From assembly GCA_951406725.2 (NCBI GenBank), contig OX597820.1, positions 90,334,001-90,398,000 on the forward strand: 64,000 nucleotides of DNA, written 5' to 3'. Within the stretch, counting starts at the first letter, position 1. Each line of letters starts with the position of its first letter. The stretch is from Octopus vulgaris (lineage: Eukaryota). The translations under genes and the position numbers were made by a program. The notes below the pieces were generated by a model, which worked only from the letters and a program-made list of their open reading frames with translations, did no database searches and was not told the origin of the DNA. Positions 38,201-52,488 of this stretch are shown here, piece by piece.

Positions 38201-38519
38201 TCTGTAAGGCTTGTTTGTGCTGTCAAGTGATCCGATGGGGCGTCAAAAAGAATAGCAGGGTGAGATTGTTTTTTAAACACAAGTAGAATTCGAATAACAA
38301 CAAGGGAAGTTTTCCTACTGTGAATGATATCTGTGTTGTCATACAACCAACTTCGCAAATTTTATGGAGCAAAAGAGAAACTATTTCGAGATGGAAAGAG
38401 AATGAAAGATAGAGAGAAAGAGAATGAGAGAGGAAGACATTAGACAAGAGGGAGGGAAGTACTAAAATCACGCTGAGTAAAAGGTAATCATCATTTTGAA
38501 ACATGAAATTCATCACAAT

Positions 38520-39880
38520 ATATTTGAACAATACGGAAATTTTATTCATCAGAGTGAGTATCATTACAATCAACACAATTTTACCAACGAGTTACAAGTT
38601 TATTAATTCCGTTAACATAAAAATCTGGAGTTCTAGAGCTGATGCACTCTTTGAACACACTTTCAGCATTGGTTTCAATTTTGAAATTGATAAAAGGTAG
38701 TCGGTAGGGGAAACGTCTGGAGAATATGCTGGGTGGCGAAGAACTTCGTAGCCGAGTTTCCTCAACTTCTATAGCGTCATTAGTGAAACGTGTCGGTGAG
38801 TATTGTCATGAAGAATGATTGGCCCTCTTCTGTTGACCAGTATGTAACGGACGAGCATTGGATTTTCGTTCCTATTTGCAATTTCATGGCAATCTCTTAC
38901 TGCAGTAATGATTTTTTCGGATTTCAAGTAGTTATAGTCGATGAGCCCAGCAGTACACCACCAAACAGTTACCATAACATTTTTGAAAGAGCTGATTTTG
39001 GTTCCATCACAGTGAAGAACGTGTTTTTTTAAATATTGTACAGAATCCACTTTTCATAGCAAGTTATAATAGGATCAAGAAATGGATCGGTCTTGTTACG
39101 GGGAAGAAACGAGGAACAAATTTCATATCTACGCTTTTTCTGATTTTGATTAAATTCGTTTGAACCCATTTGTCGAGCTTTTTTGATTTTCTGATAGCAT
39201 GCAAATGGTTGCAGGCAGTTTTCTGGCTAATTTGAAGTTCTTTTGTCAGTATTCGAGTAGTTTTACGTGGATCTTTCTCAAAGACGGTATTTAATTGGCC
39301 GTACGTTAGCACGCCGGGCGAAATGCTTAGCGGTATTTCGTCTGCCGTTACGTTGTGAGTTCAAATTCCGCCGAGGTCGACTTTGCCTTTCATCCTTTCG
39401 GGGTCGATAAATGAAGTACCAGTTACGCACTGCGGTTGATGTAATCGACTTAATACCTATGTCTGTCCTTGTTTGTCCCCTCTGTGTTTAGCCCCTTGTG
39501 GGTAATAAAGAAATAGGTACTTAATTGGCCGTCATCGATGATAGATGGGCGTTCACTACGCTCACAAACTTCATGGCGCTTGTCTCCACTGCGAAATCGT
39601 TTAAATCATTTTCGAGTTGACCACGCACTGGTCATTTCCTCACCAAAAGTTTCGTTGATATCACAGGCAGTGTCAGCTACTTTACGTCCTCTTTTGAAGT
39701 TGAGTAGCAAAATTACTCGAATATCGCGCTTTGAAAGTTCCATTTCATTGTAACAACGGTGGAAGGAATACCAATGTTAATTTATTGATACACTTGGACA
39801 AGTATAAGTCTAAATTATCAGACAATTGCAAAACAATGCTTAAAAAATTGAAAACTCTGCAAAAATCCGGTACAAATAAA
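38520..39880 (-). mobile_element. Decayed mariner (Hsmar1/cecropia-like) interrupted by a SINE
   Basis: MELSKRDIRVILLLNFKRG, KSKKLDKWV, VMVTVWW, NRRGPIILHDN, HPAYSPDVSPTDY, FY..GINKLVTRW; ends approximate. Confidence 0.85.
39303..39515 (+). mobile_element. SINE family C inserted in a mariner with 17-bp TSD
   Basis: TSD ggta(t/c)ttaattggccgt at 39286-39302 and 39516-39532; B box gagttcaaattcc; gcctttcatcctttcggggtcgataaa core. Confidence 0.9.
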
Positions 39881-40106
39881 TCTTCATGGTTCAAAACGTT
39901 GCCATGATAGATCGGTAGCCACTACACGCATTTTTTCTCTCCTTGTTTCTCTCCTTGTTTTTTTTCTTTCTGTGTCCCTTTTAGTAGAAGAGCGTAGGCT
40001 CGAAACATAAAAGACTTTTACAATTTCCTGAGCGTTATACTAATACATCGGTTTGTTTTATACACCCCCTGTCTTCGTCTTTTGTATTTTTCGTGAACAC
40101 TTCCCC

Positions 40107-40141
<35 letters not shown>

Positions 40142-40144
<3 letters not shown>

Positions 40145-40883
40145 TAAGAAAGTTGGTTTATGAAAGCACGTGGTTGAATATATAGGAAATAGTAAAAAGT
40201 GAAAAAAACAACAGAAGGCTTGTTTGTAGTGTGCATCTACGTCTGAGTGATAGTCCCGTGGATCCCACGTATTTTTGGTGGCAGCCCGAGCATTTTATGA
40301 CATAAATTATGTTTTCAGAGGCACAAGTAAAATTAGATTTGATCTTCACTCAGACGTAGATGCACACTGCATCGACAACAGATTGTATTCCCAGAATACA
40401 GAATGATACCTTTTAGTGAGCACATTGAGAAATGCGCAAAGCAACTACTACCACAATTTTAATCTTTCCATTTTACCAATGTGCTATCGGATCATCAACA
40501 CAAATTAGACTAAACAAGGAAACATTCTTCATTGAAAAGTACAAGCCCAGACTTAACCATTCCAACATACTTATACAGAGAAATTCACCCCAAAGGAAAG
40601 GCAAAAAACTTTAAGCGATTATCTCCCTTACACCGGACGAAATCACTTATTACCTCCCCTTATCTAGAACTCTTTTCAACATAAACATAACAATAACTCT
40701 TCTGAACATAAACATAACGACGTAAGAAATTTGAAAAGCTAAACGCGAAACCGGTCTTTCTTCTAAACTATGTCATTGTAAGAAAAGAAAAAAATTATAA
40801 TATTCTTCAGACATATTGACTCAAATATATATTTTTTAACCTTTTAAAACAAGCCTTCTGTTGTTTTTTCACTTTTTACTATT

Positions 40884-40890
<7 letters not shown>
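40142..40890. mobile_element. Rearranged Neptune-like PLE 3' fragment (split GIY-YIG, partly inverted)
   Basis: Minus 40345-40228: NFTCASENIIYVIKCSGCHQKYVGSTGLSLRRRCTL. Plus from 40346: SLRRRCTLHRQQI...IPFSEHIEKC..IFPFYQC..KETFFIEKYKPRLN. Homologous to the EN of the intact PLE; flanked by (TA)n. Confidence 0.8.
40724..40762 (+). ncRNA. Hammerhead-like motif (U3/A8 variant) in the 3' UTR of a PLE fragment
   Basis: AAGAAA-u-UUGAAAA-GC uaaac GC-GAAA-CCGG-UC-UUUCUU downstream of a GIY-YIG C-terminus. Confidence 0.5.
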
Positions 40891-40962
<72 letters not shown>

Positions 40963-42493
40963 AGGGTGGTGTAGGCATTGATTCCAAGCTGTATCAGTTG
41001 AATTCGGCGGAGTTTCCCTTGGGTAGACATCGGTGATGAAACTTGCATGTATAAGTAACTGCAAATACTACTTAAAATGTATATTAGGCCTTCGCATAAA
41101 TGACTGCATGGATGGTTATCGTAGATCAACAAAGGCATTATATTCTTATGCGCCCATACAAGAGTTGAAATATATTTGTTTGTCCTTAATTCCAAAGCCA
41201 CCTTTAGAGCATAGTCGCATCTTTGGCTACTTATTTTGCCGAGGCTTAGACAGATCATGTTACGAGACCCATTCAACAATTGTAAAATTAAAAATATGAA
41301 ATCACAATTCATTAACTAAACAACAAAGCATTTACTTATAGAATTGAAATACGTACATACACTCTTCCCAGATCTCTATTAAACATTCTGTAGCAATCTC
41401 TAATAATGAAAACTTGGCCAAAAGTATATCGAACCATAGATGTCCATAAAATCCGAAAGTAATTGTTTTTCGGTTAGATTAGTAAATGTAATAATTACGA
41501 AAATTTCGAAAAACAATCCAGACAATATTTCAAAAAATTTCTAGAATGAAGAATAGCACACCTTTAGTACACGATCACACCATACAAAACCATACAGGTG
41601 TTTCTATTGTGTAAGCATTTTGGGATAGATTAATTTATTGTTACAATATAGGAATCGGTCCATATTTCAGTGCTCTCGATATCAAATGTATCCAAATATT
41701 AATACTAACATAATTTTACAAGCCAACGCAGTCTCAAAGAAATCAAACAACATGTGAAATCTTAGCATCAATACAGGGAACGGCAACGATGGTATAAAAG
41801 GAGAGAGAAGGTAGAAAGGAGATACCCAGACACACACACACACACACACATACATATATATAAACCCCTTATCTCTGTCTATCAAACATCGTAGGCTTGA
41901 AACGTCAAAGCGTTGAAATATACACCTGCTTGTTGTTACCTCACCTGCCTGTGAGTTTTATTTGCTGTACATTTGAACCATATATTAAATATATATGTGT
42001 GTTTGTCTATGTGTGTGAATGTGTGTGTGAGAGAGTGTGTTCGTATCTGTGTATGTGTCTGAGTGTGTGCGTGTAAATATGTCTATGTGTGTGTGAGTAT
42101 ATATGTGTGTGCATGTGCGTGCGCGTGTGTGTATGTTTGTGTAAGTGTGTATGCCTTTGTATGAGTGTGTGTGCGTGCGTGCATGTGTAGTGAGGATGCA
42201 GTATCGGAGAATTAAGAACGTTTCTTTTCAACTATGTAATATGTATAGAAACACATCCATTTTATTGTCTACCTAATTCAAAAGTTACGACATTGCTACA
42301 GACTTTGTCACTCTAAGTATGTGCGTGAATTAATCAGCTGAGAATGTCTGCGGAATGCTCAGACATTTACATATTAATTCAAGAGCAGTTCACTAAGTTG
42401 ATCGAGCATAATCCGCCATGTTGAACGACGGAGATCCGCCATATACAAACATAATCAGTCTTTGTCTTGTGACCAAGGTTAATGATATATATT

Positions 42494-42571
<78 letters not shown>

Positions 42572-44574
42572 CCTCCACTTCCAAATTTAGCCGGACAGAA
42601 TATGACGCCAGTGTTATAACAAGTTAGATCTTGACAAACACAATGAAATAACAGACTTCATAAATCAAATATACCGCAATATTATTGCGTATGTGTTTGT
42701 CTTTCGTATAACAGAACAGCAAGACAGTAGATCAAATATAAAATTAAAGAAATCACTAGAGGATATCATTTGTGTGCAGACACGTTGGAGAAACTTGAAA
42801 GTGGATTAAGCACGAAAGATAAAAGCATCAGTGACCAATCTATGCTATTGTAGACGGCAATGCAGGAACAACAATAACTAATACTGAAGTGAAATCAGAT
42901 GGCACAAATCCCCTCACAAATTACTTACATATGACTCAATTCTAAACATTCTGTATTAAATAACCAAATCCGGACACAAACACTGTCACTAATGAACACA
43001 ACGTTGCCTTTCCAGCTACTTATTCCCAAATTACAATACCGAAATACCAGCCGATCTATGTGAAAACAAACAAATGAATCCTCTGCTAAAAATATCTGGC
43101 GACCAAATGTCTATCGCAAAATAATACTTCCAACTGTAAACTTAGTGACAAAATATAAAAATCTCTCCCGCTAAGTGTGATTCTATACTAATTGATAGGG
43201 ACTCATCAGCTGCAATTAATCTCATAGTATAACCACACTCTATTAATATGAAATAAATAATATCCGAAATGGTGACTTTACATCGGTTTTTATAAAGAAG
43301 AGAACGTTAAGTGAAAATAATCTTTATGACAATGCTTCCACATTAAAAACAAAACTGAAGCAAGGATGCATTTTACACAATTTATTCTTATTAAACTTTG
43401 GTTAATAAAGAAATGTGACATTCATATCTAATCAATACAATAATGAATAAGACTAAGAAAAACGTATTGCCAAACAAATTTCCGAAGACTCAGTATCTTC
43501 TGAGATAACCAGCTGAGACGTTTACCAAATAGAAACAACTGGACACTTGCAGGACGTCACTACGAATGAAGATAATGCCGTAAAGGTTTCGTTCAAAATA
43601 TTGCAATTGAACATGAGAATGAATGACATAAGGAATGACAAGATTGTACTTGCGTGAAATGATTGGGCATAGAGTGGTGAGTGCAGAGCTCGGAGGTGGA
43701 ATGAGGCAAGAGTGACAAAAGGTGAATAGACAAATGGGACGAAGGAGCGTTTAAGTAGTGGAGATATGAGAAGCTACGAATGCTGTAGTCGGTGAAGACA
43801 AATGATTTCAGAAAGGAATGAAGTGAGATATATGTTCTCAATGCAGGAGGAAATATAGTCAAACAATTGCTGGTGCTTTGCATCCTTGCTTCAATTTTGT
43901 TTTTAATGAGGATGCATTCTCATAAAGATTGAAGAGTTTAGGAGATTAATACAAGGAGCGGATGCATTTGAGGGATTACGTGAAGTAGCAGCTGGCAGTC
44001 GTTGCTGAAATTCAGAAGTGGACAGACACAGTAGCTGGTGTTGACTATGCGAAGACACCATCTTTTGTAGAGAAATTTGCCGAGAGAGTGCATCTTATAT
44101 AACGGTGATAGACGGTGGAAAGGCGACATGGGGTTTCCGTGTAAGAGGTGCTGTGTGAGACCTTGATAATCAAAGAAACTAAGGTATTTGAAAAGGGGAG
44201 AGAGAATAAGCCAAGTGGTTTCGATGAACCTTTTACCATGGAGGAAACAGTAGATGGTAACTGTGCGTGGAAAGGTCACAGATTTAGTCCGAAAGCTAAC
44301 GACGGAAAGACCTGGCAGCGTATTGTGCCAATCACGCAAACGATGGGGTGGGGGAATGTCTCTACCTTATAGATTGGAGCTACATTAATGTTAAGCCACA
44401 GGAAATTAACAGAGTAAACATTTTTTAATGAAAAGAAGCAAAAGCATGAAGAACAACTTATACCACGGTAGTAGTGATGCTAGCAACAGTAGTGATAATA
44501 ACCATAGATGCTGTGGCCATAGCAGTTATAAAAGTAGAAGGCAGATTAGGTGTTATAGATGACTGTGGGCGTAT

Positions 44575-44975
44575 TCTTTTCCACTCTAGGCACAAAACCC
44601 GAATTTTTTTAGGGGGGGGGGCACCAGTCGATTAAATCGATCCCAAGTACGCAACTGGTACTTAATTTATCTACCCCGAACGGATGATAGTCAAAGTCGA
44701 CCTGGGCGGAATTTAAACTCAGAACTTAAAGACAGACGAAATACCTATTTCTTTACTACCCACAAGGAGCTAAACACAGAAGGGACAAACAAGAACAGAC
44801 AAACGGATTAAGTCGATTATATCGACCCCAGTGCGTAAATGGTACTTAATCTATCGATCTCGAAAGGATGAAAGGCAAAGTCAACCTCGGCGGAATTTGA
44901 ACTCAGAACCTAAAGGCAGTCGAAATACGTCTATGCATGTCGCCCGGCGTGGTAACAGTCAGCTCGTCGACTACC
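44575..44975 (-). mobile_element. SINE family C, tandem/dimeric copy
   Basis: Two consecutive reverse-complement units of the 39303 core. Confidence 0.85.
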
Positions 44976-46229
44976 TGTCTGTTGGCGTAATATCAGTTGT
45001 TAAAATAGATCCGAGGTCATTGCTCCTTTCTTTTTTAACTGTTGTCGTTATCGTTCTTGACATTCTTGTTTTTACTCAGGTTTTTGTTGTTTTTTTTCTT
45101 CGCTGTTGCTGTTCGTCGTTATCAGTTGAAAATGAAGCAATAGAATATTAAATGGAATGTTTGTGTACATTTTATTCTTTTCTCGTTGTTGGGAAAGCCG
45201 TTGTTTTTATCAAACATCAGAGGATTATTAAGTAGAATACTAGCTTAATCTGGTTTTTTTTTTGGTTTTTTGTTTGCTGGCATTGCTATCGTAGTTGTGG
45301 TAGAAGAATACTAGAGAAAATGTTTGATTTTAATTTCGGATTTTGTTGTTCGGATTTTGTGTCAACGCTGATGCAGTTGGTAAATGTTGACGCTGGTGTT
45401 ATTGGTGTTGCCCATCAAGAATTAGTGACGATACTGCTCCTCTTTAGTCTACTTTAGTGAATTTTGTTAACAAAATATGGAAATATGAATATGCTAAAAG
45501 CAGACAAGTACATACTCTATTTTACTTCACTAGTGGAGAAGGTGAAATCGCATACAACTTGTATACATTTAGGACTACCATCTCCATATACATTATTGTG
45601 TGAGATGAGGAACAGCTGTTGTGCAGTAACTGTCGTCTACCTGTCTGTTTCTTTTATGGCCATGAACGGAACGGCCGCGTTTAGAAATACATCGGATACT
45701 GGAAGAAGTGCAAAATGTCCAGACTGCCATACCACAACCTACACGGTTCATTACTATGCGTAGATGAGTGCAGGATAGCTCTCAGACAAAAGCAACGTAT
45801 AAATGTTTTATAAGAACTTTAAAAAGGATATTGAAATTGAACGGACTCTAATTACACTTCATCAGCTAAAAGAAATCTTATACAAGGCATCGACTAATGT
45901 ATCCCACGTGGCTAACTTTCAGTCCTGACAATAAAGATTGAACTCGATTAAATGGCATTCGCATTAATTGGCAATCCTTGACAACAATCCATGAGTGATT
46001 GCTACAAGTGAGAATCATTTTCGGCCTGGGTTTTCGATTGAAACAGGCTTTGTGTTATTTTATCAAAGATATAAATCAATTAAACCATTTTCAAATATTT
46101 ATTGATGAAATATACGTGATTTGTTTAGCAATCAAGTAAAATTCAAATGCAACGAATCTAAATTTTAAGATAATTTTGATTATAATTTTTTTAAATGGTA
46201 CACTTATAATATTAAAATAGATCACTTAC

Positions 46230-46428
46230 CATCTTATATCAGCGATTGTGCAGTATAGTTGCTTATCCAGTATTGTTCGATGTCTTTCTTTATAACGGAG
46301 AATATGGAAGAATTGCCAATCGTCTTCCCACGAATCATTTCTGCAAGAGCACGTCTTGATCGATGTGTTTGAAGAAATGCATTTACTGTCAAATCGTTTT
46401 CAAGCAAGAAATTTGAATCTTTCACGAA
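46230..46428 (-). other. Candidate host exon
   Basis: Acceptor tttttattaactttccAG and donor ATG|GTAAGT; frame open for 64 codons (FVKDSNF...RSRRALAEM...QSLI*). No recognisable homology. Confidence 0.3.
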
Positions 46429-49400
46429 CTGGAAAGTTAATAAAAAGGTCAATTATGTGCAAAGAGTAACGCGTTCTTATTTCTACGAAAGAGAAAAAAA
46501 CATTTCTTCAAAAGTATTTCAACGTCGTCAGTGGGTTAGATAATAAGAAATGTGAAACTGAAATGGATGGTGATATGATATAATCAAGAAATAATTCACC
46601 CCAAACTAACAGGATTCAGTAATTGGTAAGCATTGTTAATTCAGATACTTGATATGTTGATGAAGCGCTTGGAAAGCAGCTGAAAGAAAAACAAATTCTA
46701 TAATAGATTTCTCTAAAAATCTGTACCAATAACCCCCAAGGAATGTTTTGAAAATCTTGCACCTAATTACAATAATATGTCATGGCATTACAAAGGTTAA
46801 ACAAATATAACAACTTCTCTCTATGTTATTCAATGGGAGAAATAATTTTGGCAATGAATATATACTGATAAGAGAAAATCACCTTGAAGTAAAAAAAACG
46901 TAGTAAATTCTATAAACCACCCTTTAACTTATCGGATTTGTATGGATTGTGTTTGGAAAATTTTAAGCAAAAATCCCACATCTGACTAGCAAGATGATCA
47001 GTTGCAACTAGGGTGATGAGAGCGTTAACGGAGTGATATCTAAGAAGCCATTTACATTGATTGCCGCCAGCTCCTTGTATCTGTTGTATTTTAATAATGT
47101 TTTTTATAAACCCAGATCAACAGGTATCCTAATTTCCTATGAAACATATTAAGCAACCGGATGTTTACCAGTTAATAAATCCTGTTAGTTTTGGGCGCAT
47201 TATTTCTCAATTTTATCATGTCCCTATCCATCTCAATTTCATATTTCTTATTATCTGGCCCAGTTGTCTTTGGCAAGAACGGCTCATTAAGCAACTAGAT
47301 TTTAGGCTCAATGAAATTCATGAAAGAAACGTTTCGCGCTTGACATCTGAAAATCTTTAGACCGTGTCAGGTTTACAAATCTTTTATTGAAACTTCTACC
47401 TATATGTTCCACTTACATCGTATCTCTTGGATTGGTCAGATCGCATTATTGCCGCATTAATTGAAGGATATATGTCTGTCCCTTATACTATTAACTCTGA
47501 CTTGCAAAACGGTTCGTTTTCAACCCTCATTCACTTACTTATGAACTGTAATGTCTTACTTGCGACTACACCCAACAATATCCCTCCTCATGTAGATGAT
47601 GACATCTGTCATTTCTTCCGAATATTCTCCAACCGTGCATTTCTCATTACCTCATACATATGCACTCGTATCAACAAGCTCACGTTCACATAAATTCTCT
47701 ACTTTCCTGACTACAAATATACCCGTGGTATAAACACACAGAGATACACATATATAAGCATGTATACAAATAATTTTGTTTATATAGTGTCAGAAAGCTC
47801 CATAATTTAAATGAGTGACACATATTCTCAAGCAAAAATATGCAATATTGGCATCCCTTCAGTATTTTCAGTGAAAGACCCACACAAATATGAAAGGTGG
47901 CCATTGTTAATGAAATTTTACTAATGGTGAATAACTTAGCTTGTTTTTCAGTTACGGTCGTATGGCAAACCCATTGCATGGCAAATGAATTAGTTTTTCA
48001 AGCTACTTGTTTGAAATTATTCAGTGAATATCGATAGAAATGCTGGTGAGAGTTCACCAAATTTGATCTCATGTTCAAATTTGCAAAATGCTTTAATAGG
48101 ATGTCATACGTTGGTGAGAAGAGAAACTATTCATTTTCGGCTAAAATTTCCACTCAAAAGCAGCTGATGAGAAGACTTTTATGAACGTGTTCAAAGAATT
48201 GGTTTAATGGTAGCAATAGTAGCAATAGATAAAATTCTAGTTACACTAAAATTCTGCGATATAACATCAACTGCATGTTCACTATTTCGAGCCCATATAT
48301 TAAATATAAGGTGGAATTTCACTATCTTTGCGTAAGATCTAATCATTCACCAATAAACCATCGAAACCTTGTTAAAAATATTAATACGCATCTGTCTAAA
48401 TTATAATTTCTAACAATTTTTTAAAACTATGCTGCAGAGTATTTGAATCCCACGTTATAAAATAAAGAATTTAAAGACAATACATTTCATAAGGCGGTAT
48501 TAATACTCATAAAAATATTATTTTTGATGGGGATATTATATCGTATAAACCTCCATATAGTTTAAATATTCTACCATAGTTGCCTGGAATAACATAACCA
48601 TTATAAATATATATTTCGATGAAGTCAATAAATATTAAAACTTTAATGGAAATAGTATTAAAACCAGATAGATTTCCTCCTCAAAACATGCTATTCCATT
48701 GCCGGTATGAAAAGAAATCATTGAAGTAATAATATGCAAAACGTATCTCGTGTAAATGCAACAACCTATAAAGCTGCTATATAAATGCAACGTATCATTC
48801 TTCAAAGAATTAGGTTGGTGAGCTAATTTCTCACTTGCAAACATCAACGTAACAAAAAGTTATATCGATTGAACTTAAGATTTCTTTCACTGATTTTCCT
48901 ACAACATCTATATATTAAAATCACACAAAAACGATGACCAACATGATTTTTTAAAATACAGCTGGAATTCAAGACATACCATGTGGCATAAAATCTGTTG
49001 GTACATCACACAATATGAATATCCTTACGTAAACTGATCCCGACAAGGTGATATTTTTCCCACAAAGAAGTATAGAATTATATTAGTATTTTGCTTCTTT
49101 GTTACAATACTGAATAAATGATAGGAATTAGTGAACTACCGTGGAAAATAACAACGATGATTATTCCGAAATTTCCAACTGCAAGCTAGTTAAAATTTCA
49201 TTTCTCATGGAATTCATTTTCCATGCACAGCAATATAGTAATATTTTGAAAAAAAATCATTAAGAATAACCTTCTGTGTATTTCAGATATGATATTGAAA
49301 AAAAAAATTGAACAATACGTGCATGATGCTGTGTATAGAATATATAATGCAGGTTCTAACTTAGGGACGAACGAATGCAATCTTTTAAAATCCTTTGCTT

Positions 49401-51162
49401 ATATGTTATCACACTGCTCCATTTTCCACATTCGAGTATTTACATAATGAGTTACAGCAAATTTAGAGTTAGGATTAAAAGTTCCAGCTTCAAAGGAAAT
49501 CTGAAAATTCTACACGTCAAGTGTTTTTCTTCATTTGTGCACATACGTGTTTAACAATCAATCCCTAAACAGATGATTTGATAAAATTGCTTTTTATATT
49601 ATTTTAGTGAAAATATGTTGGGCTAATATTTTTGAAATGATGTCACTTTCTTCATACTTGATATATTTTAAGCTTCTCTAGTAGAATCGTTTAACCTTCA
49701 AATTGCAACAATAATTTGTGTTAAATGAAATTTGCTCAAATCCATCTTTGATGTGTATCAGATTATACCTTACCCACACGCACATATATGTATGTACGTA
49801 TTTGTGTATGTGAATGTCTGTGCATAATGGTTATTATTCTTACAAAGCAAAAATACTAGACTTATAACATTTTTATAAAAACGAGGCTGGCTTTCAACTA
49901 ATGGTTGACGTAGAATACAGAGGGATTGCAGAAATTTATGTAAATCGGTATGGGTAATAAGCAAAAGGAGTTTTAAAAATAGAGATTTAAAATCATTCTA
50001 TCCAGCATCTGCAATAATTCAAATGGTTGGCTTTAATTTGACAAGATACAATACATATTTACAGTATTGAAACTGAAGTTGAGAGGAAAGCGCGTGCTCC
50101 ATATATTTATAGAGTCACTGAAGAGATGGCTAGGCACTGAAAGAAAGAACGAAAAAGAAACAGTGAAGAAGGTGTAGTGATTTAAGGCTACAGAGAGATA
50201 ACAAGAAATAGAGACATATTGCGATAATTGAGTGTCGAAAAGAGAGAGATATAAATAAAAGGCCTCAGAGAGAAAGGAAATTGACAGAGAGATGAAAGGA
50301 AAGGAAAGGAAAGGAAAGGAAAGAGGGTAAAGTGAGCATTGTTGAAATTAATTATATATAATAAATGACGTTCGATGTTGTATAGTGAGATGCATAATTA
50401 ACCTAGAATACAAACATCTTTATAGTAATCTACCTGTTAAACAGACGGAGCTATCAATTTTAGAGTAAGTTCTAATCGTTGACAGCACAGTCATAATTAT
50501 ATATTCCGGTGTAAAACTGTCACCTGGGAGTAAAGTGAAAAATAAATGCTACTTCATTTGAATACTACATCTACAATGTAATTAGTAATCATCTTATATA
50601 ATAATGAGGAAGGCGTGGATATAAGAAAATATACCGAAAATTATTCATTCGTATACGCCTCTTCCTTATGGAATTTTGGCCTTTTGCCACTTAAAAAATC
50701 GATATATGTATGTATATATATGTGTGTGTGTGTATGTGTCTGCTTGTCTGTCTGTCTGTATGTACGTATGTATGTATGTATGTAGGCATGTATATATGTG
50801 TGCATATATAGGTATGCAAGTATTTCAGTATGTGGTTTGTATGTATGTATGTATATAAAGATGGTGTGCTAATAGTTATGTGATTCAAATGAACGAAATT
50901 ATTTACAGTATTTAAACTCATCTAATGTTTTATCTTGTGTGAAAACTTAAAAAGATAAAGTTGGCAGAGGAAACTAAAATATGTAGCACACACAGATGTT
51001 ATCATGGATTGTACACAAATACACTTACGCGCGTATCTGTCTGGCCATATATCTATTGATGATCGATGTATGTAAATATATGTATGCTTATATATATATA
51101 TATATATATTTGCGTGTGTGTGTGTATGTGTGTGTGTGTGTGTGTCTGTGTGTGTGTGTGTA

Positions 51163-52433
51163 TCAGATCATTCCATAAGTTCTGTCCGAATTTTTAATAA
51201 AGAAAGCAAGTGATTAAATGTTATATGTATTAGAAATTTAATCATGAATGTACTCTCCCTGATTATCTATGACTTCCTTCCATCTATTTACAAGGTTTCT
51301 AATCACATCAGTATAAAACTCTTTTGGTTTCAAATCGAAGATCTCTGAAATGTCAGTTTTGACCTCCTCCTGGCTTGCGAAATTTATATTCCCCAAATGA
51401 TTCTGTAAACTACGAAACAAATGGTAGTCTGAAGGAGCAAGGTCGAGAGAATAAGGTGGATGAGGAATTTTGTCGCAACCAAGCACTTCGACATTCTGTG
51501 ATGTGATCTTTGCAGTATGGGTTCACGCATTCACCTGATGAAAATCATTCCTTTCCGATTCCCTAAAGCGGTTTTTTTTCTTCAAAGTTTGGTTCAGGCG
51601 TTCTAATTGCTGACAGTAGACTTGAGCATTGATTGTTGCATTAGGTGGTAACAATTCAAAGTGAATTACTCCTTTGCAATCCTACCAGATAGAGTGAAGA
51701 AACTTTTCCCCATGAAGTTCCTTTCTCGGTTGTGGTTGAGCTTTTTCCCTTTTACCTATCCACTGTTTACGACGTTTAACATTTCGATAGAAGATCCATT
51801 TTTCTTCACTAGTCATAAGTCTATCCAAAACCGGTGAATGAGTTCGCGAGAATGGAGAGAAGAGCAGATGTCAACTTGAGATTTGCGGGTGCGTTCCAAC
51901 AATCCATGAGGTACCCATTTTCCAAGTTTAGGAACCTTTCCAAGTTGTTGAAGATGACAATGAACAGTTGTATGGTTTGAACTAAGCTTTATTACCAATT
52001 CTTCAGCTGATAATGCAGGATTTTCTTTAAGTAATGCATCAAGGAGATATTTTTATCAAACTCAACTGGACGTCATGTTCGATCTTCAAGTTTGAAATCT
52101 CCACTTCTGAATTTTGAAACCATCTACTGCAAGTTCTATCCTTCGAGCATTTTTTCCCATACACTGTGTGTACGTTTCAAGTCGCTTCGGCACGGAGTTT
52201 CCATTTTTGCACTTATAAGGCCATTATGTGCTTCAAATGCTCTTAGGATACCTCCATATTAGAAGGGGCTTTAATCAAATAAATTCTAATTCTATTATTC
52301 TGCAAAATAATATTTAATCAAAGTGTACACAAATGCATAAAAATAATTTTTAATTCCATTAGACATTCTAAAATACTATTAAATTTCATTCAATTTTAAA
52401 AAAGGTAAAATCGGACAGAACTTATGGGATGAC

Positions 52434-52437
<4 letters not shown>
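51163..52437 (-). mobile_element. Full-length decayed mariner (DD34D)
   Basis: TIRs tcagatcattccataagttctgtccga and tcggacagaacttatgggatgacctga with TA flanks. KLGKWVPHGL and HPPYSLDLAPSDYHLFRSLQNHL. Confidence 0.92.

Positions 52438-52488
<51 letters not shown>

Noticed and set aside
43500-44370. Possible LINE remnant or coding exon
   Set aside because: Purine-rich and probably TE-derived, but no motif I can support.
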